Positions 23,638-34,416 are shown, counted from the stretch's first letter. The stretch: DNA of 64,000 nucleotides from Ilumatobacteraceae bacterium (GCA_044354675.1 JBIKZO010000001.1:320-64319); one strand, 5' to 3'. Numbers and translations are program-made. Notes: generated by a model not told the origin, from the sequence alone.

Positions 23638-24510
23638 CTACTTTTTTAGTCGTGACACTCGTTCAATAAGTTGCGGTGCTCCAAGTTTGTTGGCTATCGA
23701 CTCGAAGCGATCGGTTGGACCCGTCCACAGCCAATCCGCTACATCGCCTACTGGCACATCGGTGATGAGGGTGGCAAGCTGCTTGAACAGAGCGGCATCC
23801 TTGCGGTTTTCGCGCAACGTAGTCGCAAGTTTTTCTGCACTGCGAACCGTAACGCCATCGGCAATCCATTGGTTGTGATCATCGGGGATGTTGTCTATTA
23901 ATTGGTACTTGGCCAGCACGGTTGATGCACTCTTTGCACCCCAGCCTTGCAAGCCTGGAAAGCCATCGGCGGTGTCTCCAACGAGGGCGAGGTAATCAAT
24001 AATTGACGATGGGCCGACACCGAATTTCTCGACAACTGCAGCTTCATCGATCATGATGTTGTTACGACGGTCAAATTGCACAACGCGCTTACCCTGCACG
24101 CACTGACCAAGATCTTTGTCGGGAGTAAGGATGAGCACTTTGTGCACGGTGCGGTCTTCACACGCCACTGCTGCTGCAGATGCAAGCGCGTCATCGGCCT
24201 CATACTTTTCCATTGCCCACACAGTCACACCCATGGCGCGCAGAGCGTCTTCGAGAATGGGGATCTGCTCCAGCAACACTGGTTCCATGCCTTCACTTGT
24301 TTTGTAGCCGTCGTACAAGTCGTTGCGAAAACTTTCAATCACGTGATCAGTGGCCACGCCAATGTGGGTTGCGCCGTCTTGCAGCAACTGAATTGTTGAT
24401 GTGAGAACACCAATGGTGCCGGCAAACGGTGGTGGATCTGAATGGCGCGTGGCTTGACCAAAATGTTGGCGATACAACTCATACGTGCCGTCGACGAGAT
24501 GTACTTGCAT
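23638..24510 (-). CDS. 5'-3' exonuclease (FEN/PIN-like plus H3TH domain)
   Basis: 290 aa. Motifs MQVHLVDGTYELYR, YDGYK, EADD and LVGDTADGFPG typical of Pol I-type 5' nuclease domains. Confidence 0.8.
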   Translation of the reverse strand: MQVHLVDGTYELYRQHFGQATRHSDPPPFAGTIGVLTSTIQLLQDGATHIGVATDHVIESFRNDLYDGYKTSEGMEPVLLEQIPILEDALRAMGVTVWAMEKYEADDALASAAAVACEDRTVHKVLILTPDKDLGQCVQGKRVVQFDRRNNIMIDEAAVVEKFGVGPSSIIDYLALVGDTADGFPGLQGWGAKSASTVLAKYQLIDNIPDDHNQWIADGVTVRSAEKLATTLRENRKDAALFKQLATLITDVPVGDVADWLWTGPTDRFESIANKLGAPQLIERVSRLKK

Positions 24511-24519
24511 GGCAGAAAC

Positions 24520-25173
24520 CTACTGGACAAATACCGCGATAACGGCGCCGATGCAGAGAAACGGGCCGAACGCAATGCGAGTTAACGCGGATGCACGGCG
24601 AGTAACGAGCATGCCCCCTGCTGCAATACCGCCGAGGATGAACCCACCGCCAAGACCTATATATACGTGTGACGCACCGAGCCAACCAAGAAACATTGCA
24701 AGCACAGGTGCCAAACGCACATCACCACCACCAATGCCACCCTTGCTAAAGGCTGCGAGCAATGCAAAGAGTACAAGCGTGACAACGAAACTTGCGAACA
24801 TGACGCTGATGCGGCCGTTGTCGTCATGATTGATCGCCGCCAAAGTGAGCAATGGACCCCCAACAATTGCTGCTCGAAAAGTGACTCCACGAGGCAAACG
24901 ATGTGTCGCATAATCGATGATTGATTGCTCAATGCACATTGCAATCATGAGACCGTAGACAACCATCTCGAGCGAAAAGCCAAACTTGTCAAATGTGATC
25001 GCGCCAAGCAATGCTCCAAGCGCTGCAATTGGGGCTTTGTTCATTGGTTTGCGCAGTGCAAGCGCGTCGAGTTTTGTAATAGTTCGTTGTGCTCGCCTGC
25101 TGCGGCGTATTGCAATTACTGCGCCGACAAGTGCACTCACTATGGTTGCGAGTTCTGAACCCGCCGACGACAC
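24520..25173 (-). CDS. prepilin peptidase (A24 family), peptidase domain only
   Basis: 217 aa polytopic protein. The GGGDVRL motif contains the second catalytic Asp. No N-terminal methyltransferase domain. Confidence 0.65.
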   Translation of the reverse strand: MSSAGSELATIVSALVGAVIAIRRSRRAQRTITKLDALALRKPMNKAPIAALGALLGAITFDKFGFSLEMVVYGLMIAMCIEQSIIDYATHRLPRGVTFRAAIVGGPLLTLAAINHDDNGRISVMFASFVVTLVLFALLAAFSKGGIGGGDVRLAPVLAMFLGWLGASHVYIGLGGGFILGGIAAGGMLVTRRASALTRIAFGPFLCIGAVIAVFVQ

Positions 25174-25175
25174 AA

Positions 25176-25577
25176 CTATTCCTGAACGAGTTCGATCAGT
25201 GTGCCAAAACTTCCCTTTGGGTGAATAAATGCAACGGTGGTGCCGCGGCTGCCTGGGCGAGGTGCTTTATCGAGCGGAGTTGCACCCGCTGCGATCATTT
25301 GCGCTAACGCTTCAGCGCAATTAGCAACGCGATAACCAATGTGGTGCAAGCCTTCGCCACGCTTTTCGAGCGCTTTGGCAACGGGGGAATCTGGCCTTGT
25401 TGGTGTGAGCAACTGAATATAGCTTTCGGCAACTTTCAGCAATGCTTCTTCCACACCGTCGGACTCGACCACCTCGCGGTGATCGACTGTGGCACCAAAA
25501 GCTCGTTGGTAGTAACTGATCGCTGCTTCAAGGTCGTGCACCGCTATGGCAACATGATCGATTTCGGTGAGTATCAC
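25176..25577 (-). CDS. methylmalonyl-CoA / ethylmalonyl-CoA epimerase (VOC family)
   Basis: 133 aa. Motifs IDHVAIAVHDLEAA, GEGLHHIGY and HPKGSFGTLIELV. The GTG start shares one nucleotide with the ccr stop. Confidence 0.8.
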   Translation of the reverse strand: MILTEIDHVAIAVHDLEAAISYYQRAFGATVDHREVVESDGVEEALLKVAESYIQLLTPTRPDSPVAKALEKRGEGLHHIGYRVANCAEALAQMIAAGATPLDKAPRPGSRGTTVAFIHPKGSFGTLIELVQE

Positions 25578-26911
25578 TATTTCCTCCGGAAACGATTGAT
25601 GTTTTCTTCGCCAACTTTTGCACGCAACTTCGGATCATCAATACCCATGCCTTCACGAGGAGCGAGGCACAACACACCAATTTTGCCTTCGTGCATATTG
25701 TTGTGCACTTGGTATGCAGCTTCACCGGTTTGATCAAGCGTGAACACTTGCGACATCACAGGATGAATCATGCCTTTTTGAATGAGGCGGTTTGCTTCCC
25801 ATGCTTCGCGATAGTTGGCAAAGTGGCTACCGATTAGTCGCTTCAGTCGCATCCAAAAATGGCGATTGTCAAATTCCATCATGTAGCCACTGGTGGCCGC
25901 ACATGTAGCAACAATTCCTCCGCGCTTGACCACATACATGGAAGCAGCAAACGTTGAGCGTCCAGGGTGTTCAAACACAATGTCCGGATCTTCGCCAACG
26001 AGTGCACGGATATCGCCACCAAAACGGCGCCACTCTTTTTCGTTGTGCGTGTTGTCGTCATTCCAAAACTTGTAGTTGGCGGCTTTGCGATCAATCACGG
26101 CTTCGCAACCCATCTCGCGCAAAATTTGCGCTTTCTCTGGTGAACTCACAACGCCTACTGGAATACCACCACCGTTGAGCACATATTGCAGCGCATACGC
26201 ACCGATACCACCCGATGCACCCCAGATGAGCACAACATCGCCTTGCTTCATGTTGGCGCCGTTCTTCGACACGAGCATGCGATAGCTCGTCGAGTTGCAC
26301 AACGCATTCACCGCAGCTTCTTCCCACGAAAGATGCGCTGGTTTTGGCATCAACTGGTTTGCTTTCACCACCGACAAGTCGGCAAGGCCACCAAAGTTTG
26401 TTTCGTAACCCCAGATGCGCTGGTTGTTGCCAAGCATCGAGTCATTGTGTGACGTTGGATCTTGATCGTCGACGTGATTGCAATGCACTGTGATCTTGTC
26501 GCCTGGTTTCCAGTTGCGGACTGCCGAACCAACACGCAACACAACGCCTGAAGCATCGCTGCCCATCACGTGGTACGGAAGATCGTGTCGCTTTGCCCAT
26601 TCGCTCTCGCGAGCGAGCCTTGTGAGCGCACTAAACGTAGAGATTGGCTCAAAAATGGAGGACCACACCGTGTTGAAGTTGATGCTGCTTGCCATCACTG
26701 CAATCAGCACTTCGTCAGGGGCGATTTGTGGCACTGGTACTTCTTGAATGTGCACACTTTTGCGCGGGTCTTTCTTGGCAGATTCGACTCCGGCGAACAT
26801 ATCTTCTTCGCTCTTGAGTACGACGGCTGCGCGGTACGTGGTGGGAATTTCTAATGCCGCAAATGTGGCCGAGTCAGCCCCATTTTCGATGGCCTCCAGG
26901 ATATTTTTCAT
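25577..26911 (-). CDS. ccr: crotonyl-CoA carboxylase/reductase
   Basis: Start at MKNILEAIENG (26911), about 444 aa. MDR-family Rossmann motif GASGGIGAY and the N-terminal extension typical of Ccr. The ORF-track extension to 27229 overlaps the thiolase gene and is rejected. Confidence 0.8.
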   Translation of the reverse strand: MKNILEAIENGADSATFAALEIPTTYRAAVVLKSEEDMFAGVESAKKDPRKSVHIQEVPVPQIAPDEVLIAVMASSINFNTVWSSIFEPISTFSALTRLARESEWAKRHDLPYHVMGSDASGVVLRVGSAVRNWKPGDKITVHCNHVDDQDPTSHNDSMLGNNQRIWGYETNFGGLADLSVVKANQLMPKPAHLSWEEAAVNALCNSTSYRMLVSKNGANMKQGDVVLIWGASGGIGAYALQYVLNGGGIPVGVVSSPEKAQILREMGCEAVIDRKAANYKFWNDDNTHNEKEWRRFGGDIRALVGEDPDIVFEHPGRSTFAASMYVVKRGGIVATCAATSGYMMEFDNRHFWMRLKRLIGSHFANYREAWEANRLIQKGMIHPVMSQVFTLDQTGEAAYQVHNNMHEGKIGVLCLAPREGMGIDDPKLRAKVGEENINRFRRK

Positions 26912-26951
26912 GAATTCACAGTACAGACCCGAAACCCCTACGCTGTAACCC

Positions 26952-28133
26952 ATGCCAGGTTCATACATCATCGCCGGAGCCCGTACACCCATCGGAAAGA
27001 TGAGTGGCGCGCTCGCCTCATTTAGTGCCGCAGAACTTGGAGGGTTTGCAATTGCTGCAGCCTTGCAACGTGCGGGGGTACAACCGCACGAAGTCGAGCA
27101 TGTGATCATGGGCCAGGTGCTCATGGCTGGCCAAGGACAGGTGCCGTCGCGCCAGGCCGCGGCCAAAGCCGGCATTCCAATGAGCGTGCCAAGCATCAGC
27201 ATTAACAAGGTGTGTTTGTCGGGCCTCAACTCTATTTATATGGCCGATCAAATGATCGCAAGCGGCGAAGCCGACATCGTGATCGCCGGTGGCATGGAAA
27301 GCATGACCAATGCGCCGTACCTCGCAATGGGTGCGCGTTCAGGTTTCCGTTTTGGTGATGTGTCGCTGCTCGATGCGATTCAAAAAGATGGTTTGTGGTG
27401 CGCATTTGATGCGTGTCTCATGGGCCTCGGCACCGACCGTTACACCGAAGGCAATATCAGTCGCGACGTGCAAGATGATTTGGCAATGAAGAGCAACCAA
27501 CGTGCTGCTGCAGCTATTGCTGCTGGCAAGTTTGTTGATGAAATTGTTCCCGTGTCGATTCCACAACGCAAAGGTGATGCTCTCATTGTCGACACCGACG
27601 AAGGTGTGCGCGCATCTACAACAATGGAGTCTCTTGCATCGCTGAAGCCAGCTTTTGATAAGGCCGGCACGATTACTGCTGGCAACGCAAGCCAGATCAG
27701 CGACGCTGGCTCGGCCATCGTGATGATGTCGAAGCGAGCAGCTGAAAAGCGTGGCATCAAGCCACTCGGTGAGTTTGTTTCTTACGGCATGGTTGCTGGT
27801 CCTGACAATGCATCACTCTTGCACCAACCAAGTCGCAGCATCTTGCGAGCTCTTGAGCGCGCTGGCAAGAAAGTTTCTGATGTTGACTTGTTCGAGATCA
27901 ACGAAGCGTTTGCTGCAGTTGGTATTGCATCAATGCGCGAACTCGGCATCTCTGATGACATTGTCAATGTCAACGGTGGAGCAATCGCTCTCGGACACCC
28001 AATCGGTATGAGTGGCAATCGCTTGGCACTTACTTTGTTGCACGAACTCAAGCGCCGGGGTGGTGGCATGGGTGCAGCGGCATTGTGCGGTGGCGGCGGA
28101 CAAGGTGATGCCCTCGTTGTACGCACCATCTAG
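26952..28133 (+). CDS. acetyl-CoA C-acetyltransferase (thiolase II)
   Basis: 393 aa. Active-site regions INKVCLSGL, NVNGGAIALGHPIG and CGGGGQG. Confidence 0.9.
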   Translation: MPGSYIIAGARTPIGKMSGALASFSAAELGGFAIAAALQRAGVQPHEVEHVIMGQVLMAGQGQVPSRQAAAKAGIPMSVPSISINKVCLSGLNSIYMADQMIASGEADIVIAGGMESMTNAPYLAMGARSGFRFGDVSLLDAIQKDGLWCAFDACLMGLGTDRYTEGNISRDVQDDLAMKSNQRAAAAIAAGKFVDEIVPVSIPQRKGDALIVDTDEGVRASTTMESLASLKPAFDKAGTITAGNASQISDAGSAIVMMSKRAAEKRGIKPLGEFVSYGMVAGPDNASLLHQPSRSILRALERAGKKVSDVDLFEINEAFAAVGIASMRELGISDDIVNVNGGAIALGHPIGMSGNRLALTLLHELKRRGGGMGAAALCGGGGQGDALVVRTI

Positions 28134-28636
28134 TGCAACTTTTCCCATCGCCGAAAGCAAACAACAAAGACGCATTGATTGGCACAGTCGGTGCAGCGCT
28201 TGCCATGGCCGTTACCTGGCTGGTTAGCGAAGCGATGCTTGACAGTGTCGCACCAATACTCGCGTTGTCGATGGGCGCGTCAGCAGTCATTCTGTTTACG
28301 ATGCCAACTGCCCCAGCAGCGCAACCAGCGCCGCTGATTCTCGCCCATTGCGTTGCCGCATTTTTGGGTGTTCTGTCCGCGCAACTCATCGACAACACAG
28401 CACTTGCTGTCGGTATCGCAGTCGGCGTACATGCTGGCTTGATGGTTCGATTTGGTTACATGCACCCACCAAGCGGTGGCACAGCGTTGACAGCAGTGAT
28501 TGGTGGCGAAGCGGTTACCGAACTTGGGTACACATTTATTTGGCGACCGGTGTTGTTGAATGCATTACTGCTGGTGTCGCTCGCAATTGTTATCAACGCG
28601 CCATTTGCGTGGCGTCGTTACCCCGCAAAAAACTGA
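28133..28636 (+). CDS. HPP family membrane protein
   Basis: 167 aa and hydrophobic. Contains the HPPSGGTAL motif. The start is uncertain; internal Mets are possible. Confidence 0.6.
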   Translation: MQLFPSPKANNKDALIGTVGAALAMAVTWLVSEAMLDSVAPILALSMGASAVILFTMPTAPAAQPAPLILAHCVAAFLGVLSAQLIDNTALAVGIAVGVHAGLMVRFGYMHPPSGGTALTAVIGGEAVTELGYTFIWRPVLLNALLLVSLAIVINAPFAWRRYPAKN

Positions 28637-28650
28637 ACAATCGTTGGAAA

Positions 28651-29259
28651 CTAGCCCTCAATAACTCGCCGGCCCTCAAGAGCACGACCCAACGTCAGTT
28701 CGTCCGCATATTCCAGGTCTCCGCCAACCGGTAGTCCGCTAGCAATACGCGTAATCCGCAAGCCGAGTGGCTTGAGCAACCGTGCCAAATACATAGCAGT
28801 CACATCACCCTCAGTGTTTGGGTTTGTGCACAAGATCACTTCTTTCACGCCCTCGGTGTCGAGTCGCGCGAGTAGCTCGCGAATCTTGAGTTGCTCTGGG
28901 CCAATGCCTTCAAGTGGGTTCATTGCACCCAGGAGCACGTGGTAGCGGCCACGAAACTCACCAGTTTTTTCGATGGCGATGACATCGCGTGATTCTTCAA
29001 CAACACAGAGAATCGAACTGTCGCGGCGATCGTCATCGCAGATGCGACAGATCGGTCCGTCTGAAAAATTGAAACATCGATCGCAAAAACGCACCAATGC
29101 TTTTGCTTCAGTGATCGAATGAGCGAGCCGCTCTACATCCACAGAGTCGCTCTTGAGTAAGTGAAAGGCAATACGCTGCGCACCCTTTGGACCAACACCG
29201 GGAAGTCGACCAAGTGCGTCGATCAGTGCTTGCATTGGAGGCGTGTACGCAGAGTTCAT
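28651..29259 (-). CDS. recR: recombination protein RecR
   Basis: 202 aa. HhH motif [18 protein letters not shown]4 zinc finger CDRC..CRIC and a Toprim domain. Confidence 0.95.
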   Translation of the reverse strand: MNSAYTPPMQALIDALGRLPGVGPKGAQRIAFHLLKSDSVDVERLAHSITEAKALVRFCDRCFNFSDGPICRICDDDRRDSSILCVVEESRDVIAIEKTGEFRGRYHVLLGAMNPLEGIGPEQLKIRELLARLDTEGVKEVILCTNPNTEGDVTAMYLARLLKPLGLRITRIASGLPVGGDLEYADELTLGRALEGRRVIEG

Positions 29260-29289
29260 AACGCGAGAGAAATCAATCTAGACAACGTT

Positions 29290-30939
29290 CTACTTTTTCT
29301 TTGGCTTGTCAACCAATTTGGATCCAGGAAATGCCTTGGCAAGTTGATCTTCGACCGAAGTAGTTGTTGTTGACTTGGTTGTTGGCGCGCTTGTCAACTG
29401 CGAAGGATCTACGTCTTCAAATACTGCTTCAGCAATCTGTTCGTCGGTTGCAACAGGTGCCTTTGCACGAACAGGTGCAGCCGCACTTGGTCTGGTGGTT
29501 GGCGCACTGAAAGCAATTGTGATCTTGCGTCCTGTAATTAAAGAAAGTTGAGCCTCAACAGCCGCCACATGTTCTTGGGCCTTGCGTTGGTGTGCGTCGT
29601 TTGGCGCACTCACCGTCAGCACACCATCAACACAGCCCACAGCGCTCACTGCGCTAAACACTGCTCTTGCTAATGCTTTGAAACTCGACACCACGTCTGC
29701 CCATTGACTCACGAGTTGTTCGTCGGATAATGGTCCAGCGCTTGGTGCGGCAACCGCAACTGTTGCTTTGCCACCCAGTTGCACCTTGCCTGTTGCTGCA
29801 TTGATTGGTGCAGGTCGCACCATTGGCGCGCTCGCATCTCGAGTGATACCAGCCTCGAGACGCTCGATGCGTGCAATCAAAGACGAGTTGTCGTTGGCGT
29901 TGTTGACACTGGTGAGTTTGACGAGTGCGACTTCAATCAATAGTCGTGCATCAGGAGCGTGGCGCATCTCAATCAAAATTTCTCCGAGTACTTCGATGGC
30001 GCGCACCACAGTGCTCGCACCCATACGACGCGCTTGCTCGGCAACTTGGGTTTTGCGTTGCTCTGGCAACTGCACCAAGTCGGGTGCCATCAACGACAAG
30101 AAGCATTCGCGAAGTTGGCGCACAATTTCTTCGGCCAACATGCGAGGGTCTGCTCCACGTTGGATTGCGGCCGCGGTTGCCCCAAGTGCGCGGCCTGGGT
30201 CTCTATCAATAATTGCTTCAACAAACTCATCTGGCGAAAGTTGTTCGTCGGCTTCGCCGCCACCGGCAGCAACAAGTTCGAGTGCCGACAACGTGTCGCG
30301 CGCCGAGCCACCGCCCTGTGTGAGCACCTGTGCAATTGCTGCTTCGCTCACTTTTAGGTTTGCATCTTGTATTACCCATCGCACGTGCTCATCAAGATCG
30401 TGCATTGGCAACAGATGAAACTGCAAGTGTTGGGTGCGACTGCGAATTGTCTCGCTTACTTTTTGTGGATCAGTAGTGGCCAGCACAAACACCACGTGGG
30501 GTGGTGGTTCTTCAAGTGTCTTCAGCAGAGCAGCTTCAGCTGGCTTTGAGAGCATGTGCACTTCGTCCAAAATAAAAACACGGTGTCGACCAGGATTGCC
30601 GAGTGACGAACGCTCAATGAGATCGCGCATGTTCTCAACGCCGTTGTTGCTTGCGGCGTCAAGTTCAAGAACGTCGTAACTGTTACCGCTATCGATTGCA
30701 CCGCACGAATTGCAGATACCACAAGGCTCTCCCTTTTCGGGTTCTTCGCAGTTGAGTACCTTGGCCAAAATGCGCGCAGTCGAGGTTTTGCCGGTGCCAC
30801 GCGGGCCAGAAAACAAATATGCCTGACCTTCACGATGGTTGATGACGGCATTTTGCAGCGCACGAACCACGTGCTCTTGACCCTTAAGTTCGTCAAAGCG
30901 ACGGGGCCGGTAGCGGCGATATAACGATTGAACAGCCAT
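29290..30939 (-). CDS. dnaX: DNA polymerase III subunits gamma/tau
   Basis: 549 aa. Motifs YRRYRPRRFDEL, Walker A GPRGTGKTS, zinc module CGICNSCGAI and SRTQ. Confidence 0.95.
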   Translation of the reverse strand: MAVQSLYRRYRPRRFDELKGQEHVVRALQNAVINHREGQAYLFSGPRGTGKTSTARILAKVLNCEEPEKGEPCGICNSCGAIDSGNSYDVLELDAASNNGVENMRDLIERSSLGNPGRHRVFILDEVHMLSKPAEAALLKTLEEPPPHVVFVLATTDPQKVSETIRSRTQHLQFHLLPMHDLDEHVRWVIQDANLKVSEAAIAQVLTQGGGSARDTLSALELVAAGGGEADEQLSPDEFVEAIIDRDPGRALGATAAAIQRGADPRMLAEEIVRQLRECFLSLMAPDLVQLPEQRKTQVAEQARRMGASTVVRAIEVLGEILIEMRHAPDARLLIEVALVKLTSVNNANDNSSLIARIERLEAGITRDASAPMVRPAPINAATGKVQLGGKATVAVAAPSAGPLSDEQLVSQWADVVSSFKALARAVFSAVSAVGCVDGVLTVSAPNDAHQRKAQEHVAAVEAQLSLITGRKITIAFSAPTTRPSAAAPVRAKAPVATDEQIAEAVFEDVDPSQLTSAPTTKSTTTTSVEDQLAKAFPGSKLVDKPKKK

Positions 30940-30996
30940 CGCCTGCGAGCCTACCTAGACGGTGCCACACCCCTGAAACCTTTTGGCTACCGTTGT

Positions 30997-32826
30997 ATGG
31001 GAACAATGATGACGACACCGCAACTGCCACGTATTAGAGCCAGACGAATGGCTTCGATTCTTGGGTTCGCTATTGCTTCATTTGTATATATGGGTGGCAC
31101 ATATATAGGTGGTTTTGGCGCACTTGGGGCAATGGCAAGTGGCGCAGCCGGCACAAATGAAGTCACCACATCCAATCCCGTGCGAAATCAAATCGTGCAG
31201 GTGCAACCTCCGCAAATTCAAATGGTGTTTCGAGACGCAATCACCGACATCGGCAAAATGGGTCTGACCGTCGTATGCAATAACGAGTCGGTAGGCATTG
31301 CTCTTCCACAACTAGGCGTCGATAGCAAGACTGTCTCGGTTGCACTCACCACTGCCTTTGCCGCTGGAGAATGTTTGATCGACTGGAAACTTGCTGACGG
31401 CTCGCAAGGCTCGATTCCATTTACTTCACAAATTGTTTCCGAAACAACAATTCCTGCTGCCGAGAACGCCACTACCGACACCACACTGCCGGCTGTTATT
31501 GGTGAAGTCGTAGCGCAGTCTGCAGGTGGTGGGCCACGAGTAGGCGGCTTACTTGGTCTGCTTCGAATCTTCGAATATCTTTTAGTTGCCGCGATCTTTG
31601 GTGGATTACTTACCGTGACGCTCGCATGGCCAGAGGGCATCGACTATGGCGTGTGTTTGCGTTTCTTTCGCATCACGTGGTTGCTTGCCGTAGCCACGAT
31701 GTATCTCATCGTTGCCATCACTTCAATGCGCAACTCCGACAACACGTTCATTGGTTCACTCAATCCGTTTAGTTGGTTTGGTGCACTTAACGATGCGGCC
31801 GGTTTGATATTGCTGTTGCGATTTGCTCTCGTTATCGGTTCGTTCTGGGTCACATTTCAACCAGCACGCGTTTTTGAGCCTGCCACTCAAGTGCCGGCCA
31901 TCACGTTGATCACTGTGATGATGGCAACCTTTGGTCTCACACGAATCGGCCAACATGTTCCGCTCTTCAACTACATCTTTGGCATTGCCCATGCACTCGC
32001 TATCGGCATGTGGCTTGGTGGATTGCTATTGCTTTCGCGCACAGTGCTCAATGCTCCGGGTGAAGCAGATCTGTTGAATGCAGTACGTGGATTTACCCGC
32101 ATCTCGGTCACACTTATTGTCGTCGCGATCGCCACAGGTGTGATGCAGGTATATCTGCTTGACAGTTTCAATATCTTTTCTACTGGTCACGGCCGGCTCA
32201 ACTTGCTCAAACTCATAGTTGTTTCGGGAATGGTATGGATCAGTTTGATGTTCAAGAATTTCGCCGTTACACGACTCTCCAAAGAATCTGAACTCACGAG
32301 CAAGATGGCATGGAGGCTCAGGCGTGCTGTGTCAACCGAACTTCTCGTTGGCATCCTCGTTCTCGGTTTAACTTCGTGGATGGTGCCGATGCATCCGCCG
32401 CAGGCTCGTGCATCAGGTGCTGGACCAACGGTGCCCTACGCGTTTCGTGAAGACCTAAAAAATGATCGCTTTCACGTCATCATCTCGCTCACACCTGGCA
32501 CAACCGGGGTGAACGCAATGCGCATCGAGTTGCTTGAGCCGTCGCGCATCAACAACTTTGTTGTCAAGCTCATTCCATCCGAGATCGGCTATGCGGGTAT
32601 TGCCATCAACGTACCCCTGAAGCGCAGAGGTGCTGCAATCGTGATGGGTGACGGTTCATTCACTTTGCCAGTCGCTGGCGTTTGGTCAATCGAGATAAGT
32701 GGCGCTACTACAACTGGTGAATTGATCCCGCTTGCCACGACAATAAACATCACCGAATCTGCAGTGGTACCAACAACCACGCTTCCAGCAGAAATAGCAC
32801 CTGCAACCACTCTTGCTGGCGGTTGA
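30997..32826 (+). CDS. copper resistance CopC/CopD-type fusion membrane protein
   Basis: Start ATG at 30997 chosen to clear dnaX. The N-terminal segment ends in CLIDWKLADGSQGSIPFTS (CopC-like). It is followed by about 8 TM helices (CopD-like) and a C-terminal beta-rich domain. Confidence 0.55.
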   Translation: MGTMMTTPQLPRIRARRMASILGFAIASFVYMGGTYIGGFGALGAMASGAAGTNEVTTSNPVRNQIVQVQPPQIQMVFRDAITDIGKMGLTVVCNNESVGIALPQLGVDSKTVSVALTTAFAAGECLIDWKLADGSQGSIPFTSQIVSETTIPAAENATTDTTLPAVIGEVVAQSAGGGPRVGGLLGLLRIFEYLLVAAIFGGLLTVTLAWPEGIDYGVCLRFFRITWLLAVATMYLIVAITSMRNSDNTFIGSLNPFSWFGALNDAAGLILLLRFALVIGSFWVTFQPARVFEPATQVPAITLITVMMATFGLTRIGQHVPLFNYIFGIAHALAIGMWLGGLLLLSRTVLNAPGEADLLNAVRGFTRISVTLIVVAIATGVMQVYLLDSFNIFSTGHGRLNLLKLIVVSGMVWISLMFKNFAVTRLSKESELTSKMAWRLRRAVSTELLVGILVLGLTSWMVPMHPPQARASGAGPTVPYAFREDLKNDRFHVIISLTPGTTGVNAMRIELLEPSRINNFVVKLIPSEIGYAGIAINVPLKRRGAAIVMGDGSFTLPVAGVWSIEISGATTTGELIPLATTINITESAVVPTTTLPAEIAPATTLAGG

Positions 32827-32847
32827 TCGGTCGCTAATCTTGTCGAG

Positions 32848-34404
32848 GTGAGTAACAACTCGATGGACGCAAAACTGCAGGACCTGCAGTCTCGTAAAGA
32901 CCAGGCATACAACGCTGGATCACCCCGCTCAGTCGAGCGCCAACACGAAAAAGGCAAGTTGCTCGCTCGCGAACGCTTGGCGATTTTGCTCGACCCAGAC
33001 AGCTTTCACGAACTGGATTTGTTGGCTCGCCACCGTGCGCATTCGGCAGGTCTTGAGGAGCACCCATATACCGACGGCGTGATCACGGGTTGGGGCACGA
33101 TCGACGGCCGCAAAGTATTTGTATTCAGCCAAGACTTCACGGTGTTTGGTGGCGCACTCGGCGAAGTGTTTGCCGAAAAAATTCACAAGTTGATGGACTT
33201 GGCGCTCAAGGTTGGTGCGCCTCTCATTGGTCTCAATGACGGAGCAGGCGCACGAATTCAAGAAGGTGTTGTGTCGCTCGCAAGCTATGGCGGCATCTTT
33301 CATCGCAACGTTCAGGCATCTGGTGTTATTCCACAAATCTCGGTCATTCTCGGTCCATGTGCTGGTGGCGCCGTGTACTCACCTGCCATGACCGACTTTA
33401 TTTTCATGGTGCGCGAGACAAGCCATATGTTTATTACTGGCCCAGATGTTGTCAAGACCGTTACTGGCGAAGACGTGACGCTCGAAGAGTTGGGCGGTGC
33501 AATGAGCCACGCATCAAAGAGTGGCGTAGCCACATTTGTGAGTGCCGACGAGCAGTCGTGCTTGCAAGATGTGCGTTTCTTGCTCAGCTTCTTGCCACAA
33601 AACAACATTACCGAGCCGCCAATTGGCGAGATTACCGACGACCCTGCCCGTTTGTGTGAGTCATTGCGCACCATTCTTCCTCCGTCGGCAAATCAGCCAT
33701 ACGACATGAAGAAGGTCATCACCGAAGTGATGGACGATGGCGAGTTTTTTGAATACTTTCCACATTGGGCAAAGAGCATCGTGTGCGGTTTTTCGCGACT
33801 CAATGGTCAGTCGGTTGGCATCGTTGGCAATCAGCCAATGATCTTGGCTGGTGTGCTCGACATCGAGTCGAGTGAAAAGGCTGCACGCTTCGTGCGCACA
33901 TGTGATGCATTCAATATTCCGATCATCACGTTTGTAGACGTACCTGGTTTCCTTCCCGGTGTCGACCAAGAATACGGCGGCATTATTCGTCACGGCGCAA
34001 AGTTGTTGTATGCATACTGCGAGTCGACAGTCCCACGCATTCAGGTCATCACACGCAAGGCCTATGGCGGTGCATACGTGGTCATGAACTCGAAATCGAT
34101 TGGCGCAGACTTGGCATATGCATGGCCAACTGCAGAGTTGGCAGTGATGGGCCCACAAGGCGCAGTCGAGATCGTGTATCGCCGCGAATTGCAAAATGCT
34201 GCCGACCCAGTGGCACGTCGTGCCGAGTTGGTGAGTGAATACACCGAAAAGTATTCAAACCCCTACGCAGCAGCAGAGCGTGGTTACATCGACGACGTCA
34301 TTGATCCGGCCGAAACCCGTATCAAATTGATCGCTGGTCTGTCAATGTTGCAGTCAAAGCGCGAAGAATTGCCGCGCCGCAAACACGGCAACATGCCGCT
34401 CTAA
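32848..34404 (+). CDS. acyl-CoA (propionyl-CoA) carboxylase beta subunit / carboxyltransferase
   Basis: 518 aa. Motifs GKLLARERL, FSQDFTVFGGALGE, GARIQEG and ITRKAYGGAYVVM typical of PccB/AccD5. Confidence 0.9.
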   Translation: MSNNSMDAKLQDLQSRKDQAYNAGSPRSVERQHEKGKLLARERLAILLDPDSFHELDLLARHRAHSAGLEEHPYTDGVITGWGTIDGRKVFVFSQDFTVFGGALGEVFAEKIHKLMDLALKVGAPLIGLNDGAGARIQEGVVSLASYGGIFHRNVQASGVIPQISVILGPCAGGAVYSPAMTDFIFMVRETSHMFITGPDVVKTVTGEDVTLEELGGAMSHASKSGVATFVSADEQSCLQDVRFLLSFLPQNNITEPPIGEITDDPARLCESLRTILPPSANQPYDMKKVITEVMDDGEFFEYFPHWAKSIVCGFSRLNGQSVGIVGNQPMILAGVLDIESSEKAARFVRTCDAFNIPIITFVDVPGFLPGVDQEYGGIIRHGAKLLYAYCESTVPRIQVITRKAYGGAYVVMNSKSIGADLAYAWPTAELAVMGPQGAVEIVYRRELQNAADPVARRAELVSEYTEKYSNPYAAAERGYIDDVIDPAETRIKLIAGLSMLQSKREELPRRKHGNMPL

Positions 34405-34416
34405 CAAGAAGCTTCT

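Noticed and set aside
26912-27229. N-terminal 106-codon extension of the ccr ORF (ORF track 25577-27229)
   Set aside because: The extension overlaps the well-supported thiolase gene on the opposite strand and has an odd Cys/Trp/Pro-rich composition. A canonical-length Ccr starts at MKNILEAIENG (26911).
29290-30939. Programmed -1 frameshift site (A AAA AAG type) in dnaX producing a gamma subunit
   Set aside because: The only A-rich run on the coding strand (aagaaaaag) is in the last codons just before the stop. No internal slippery heptamer was seen.
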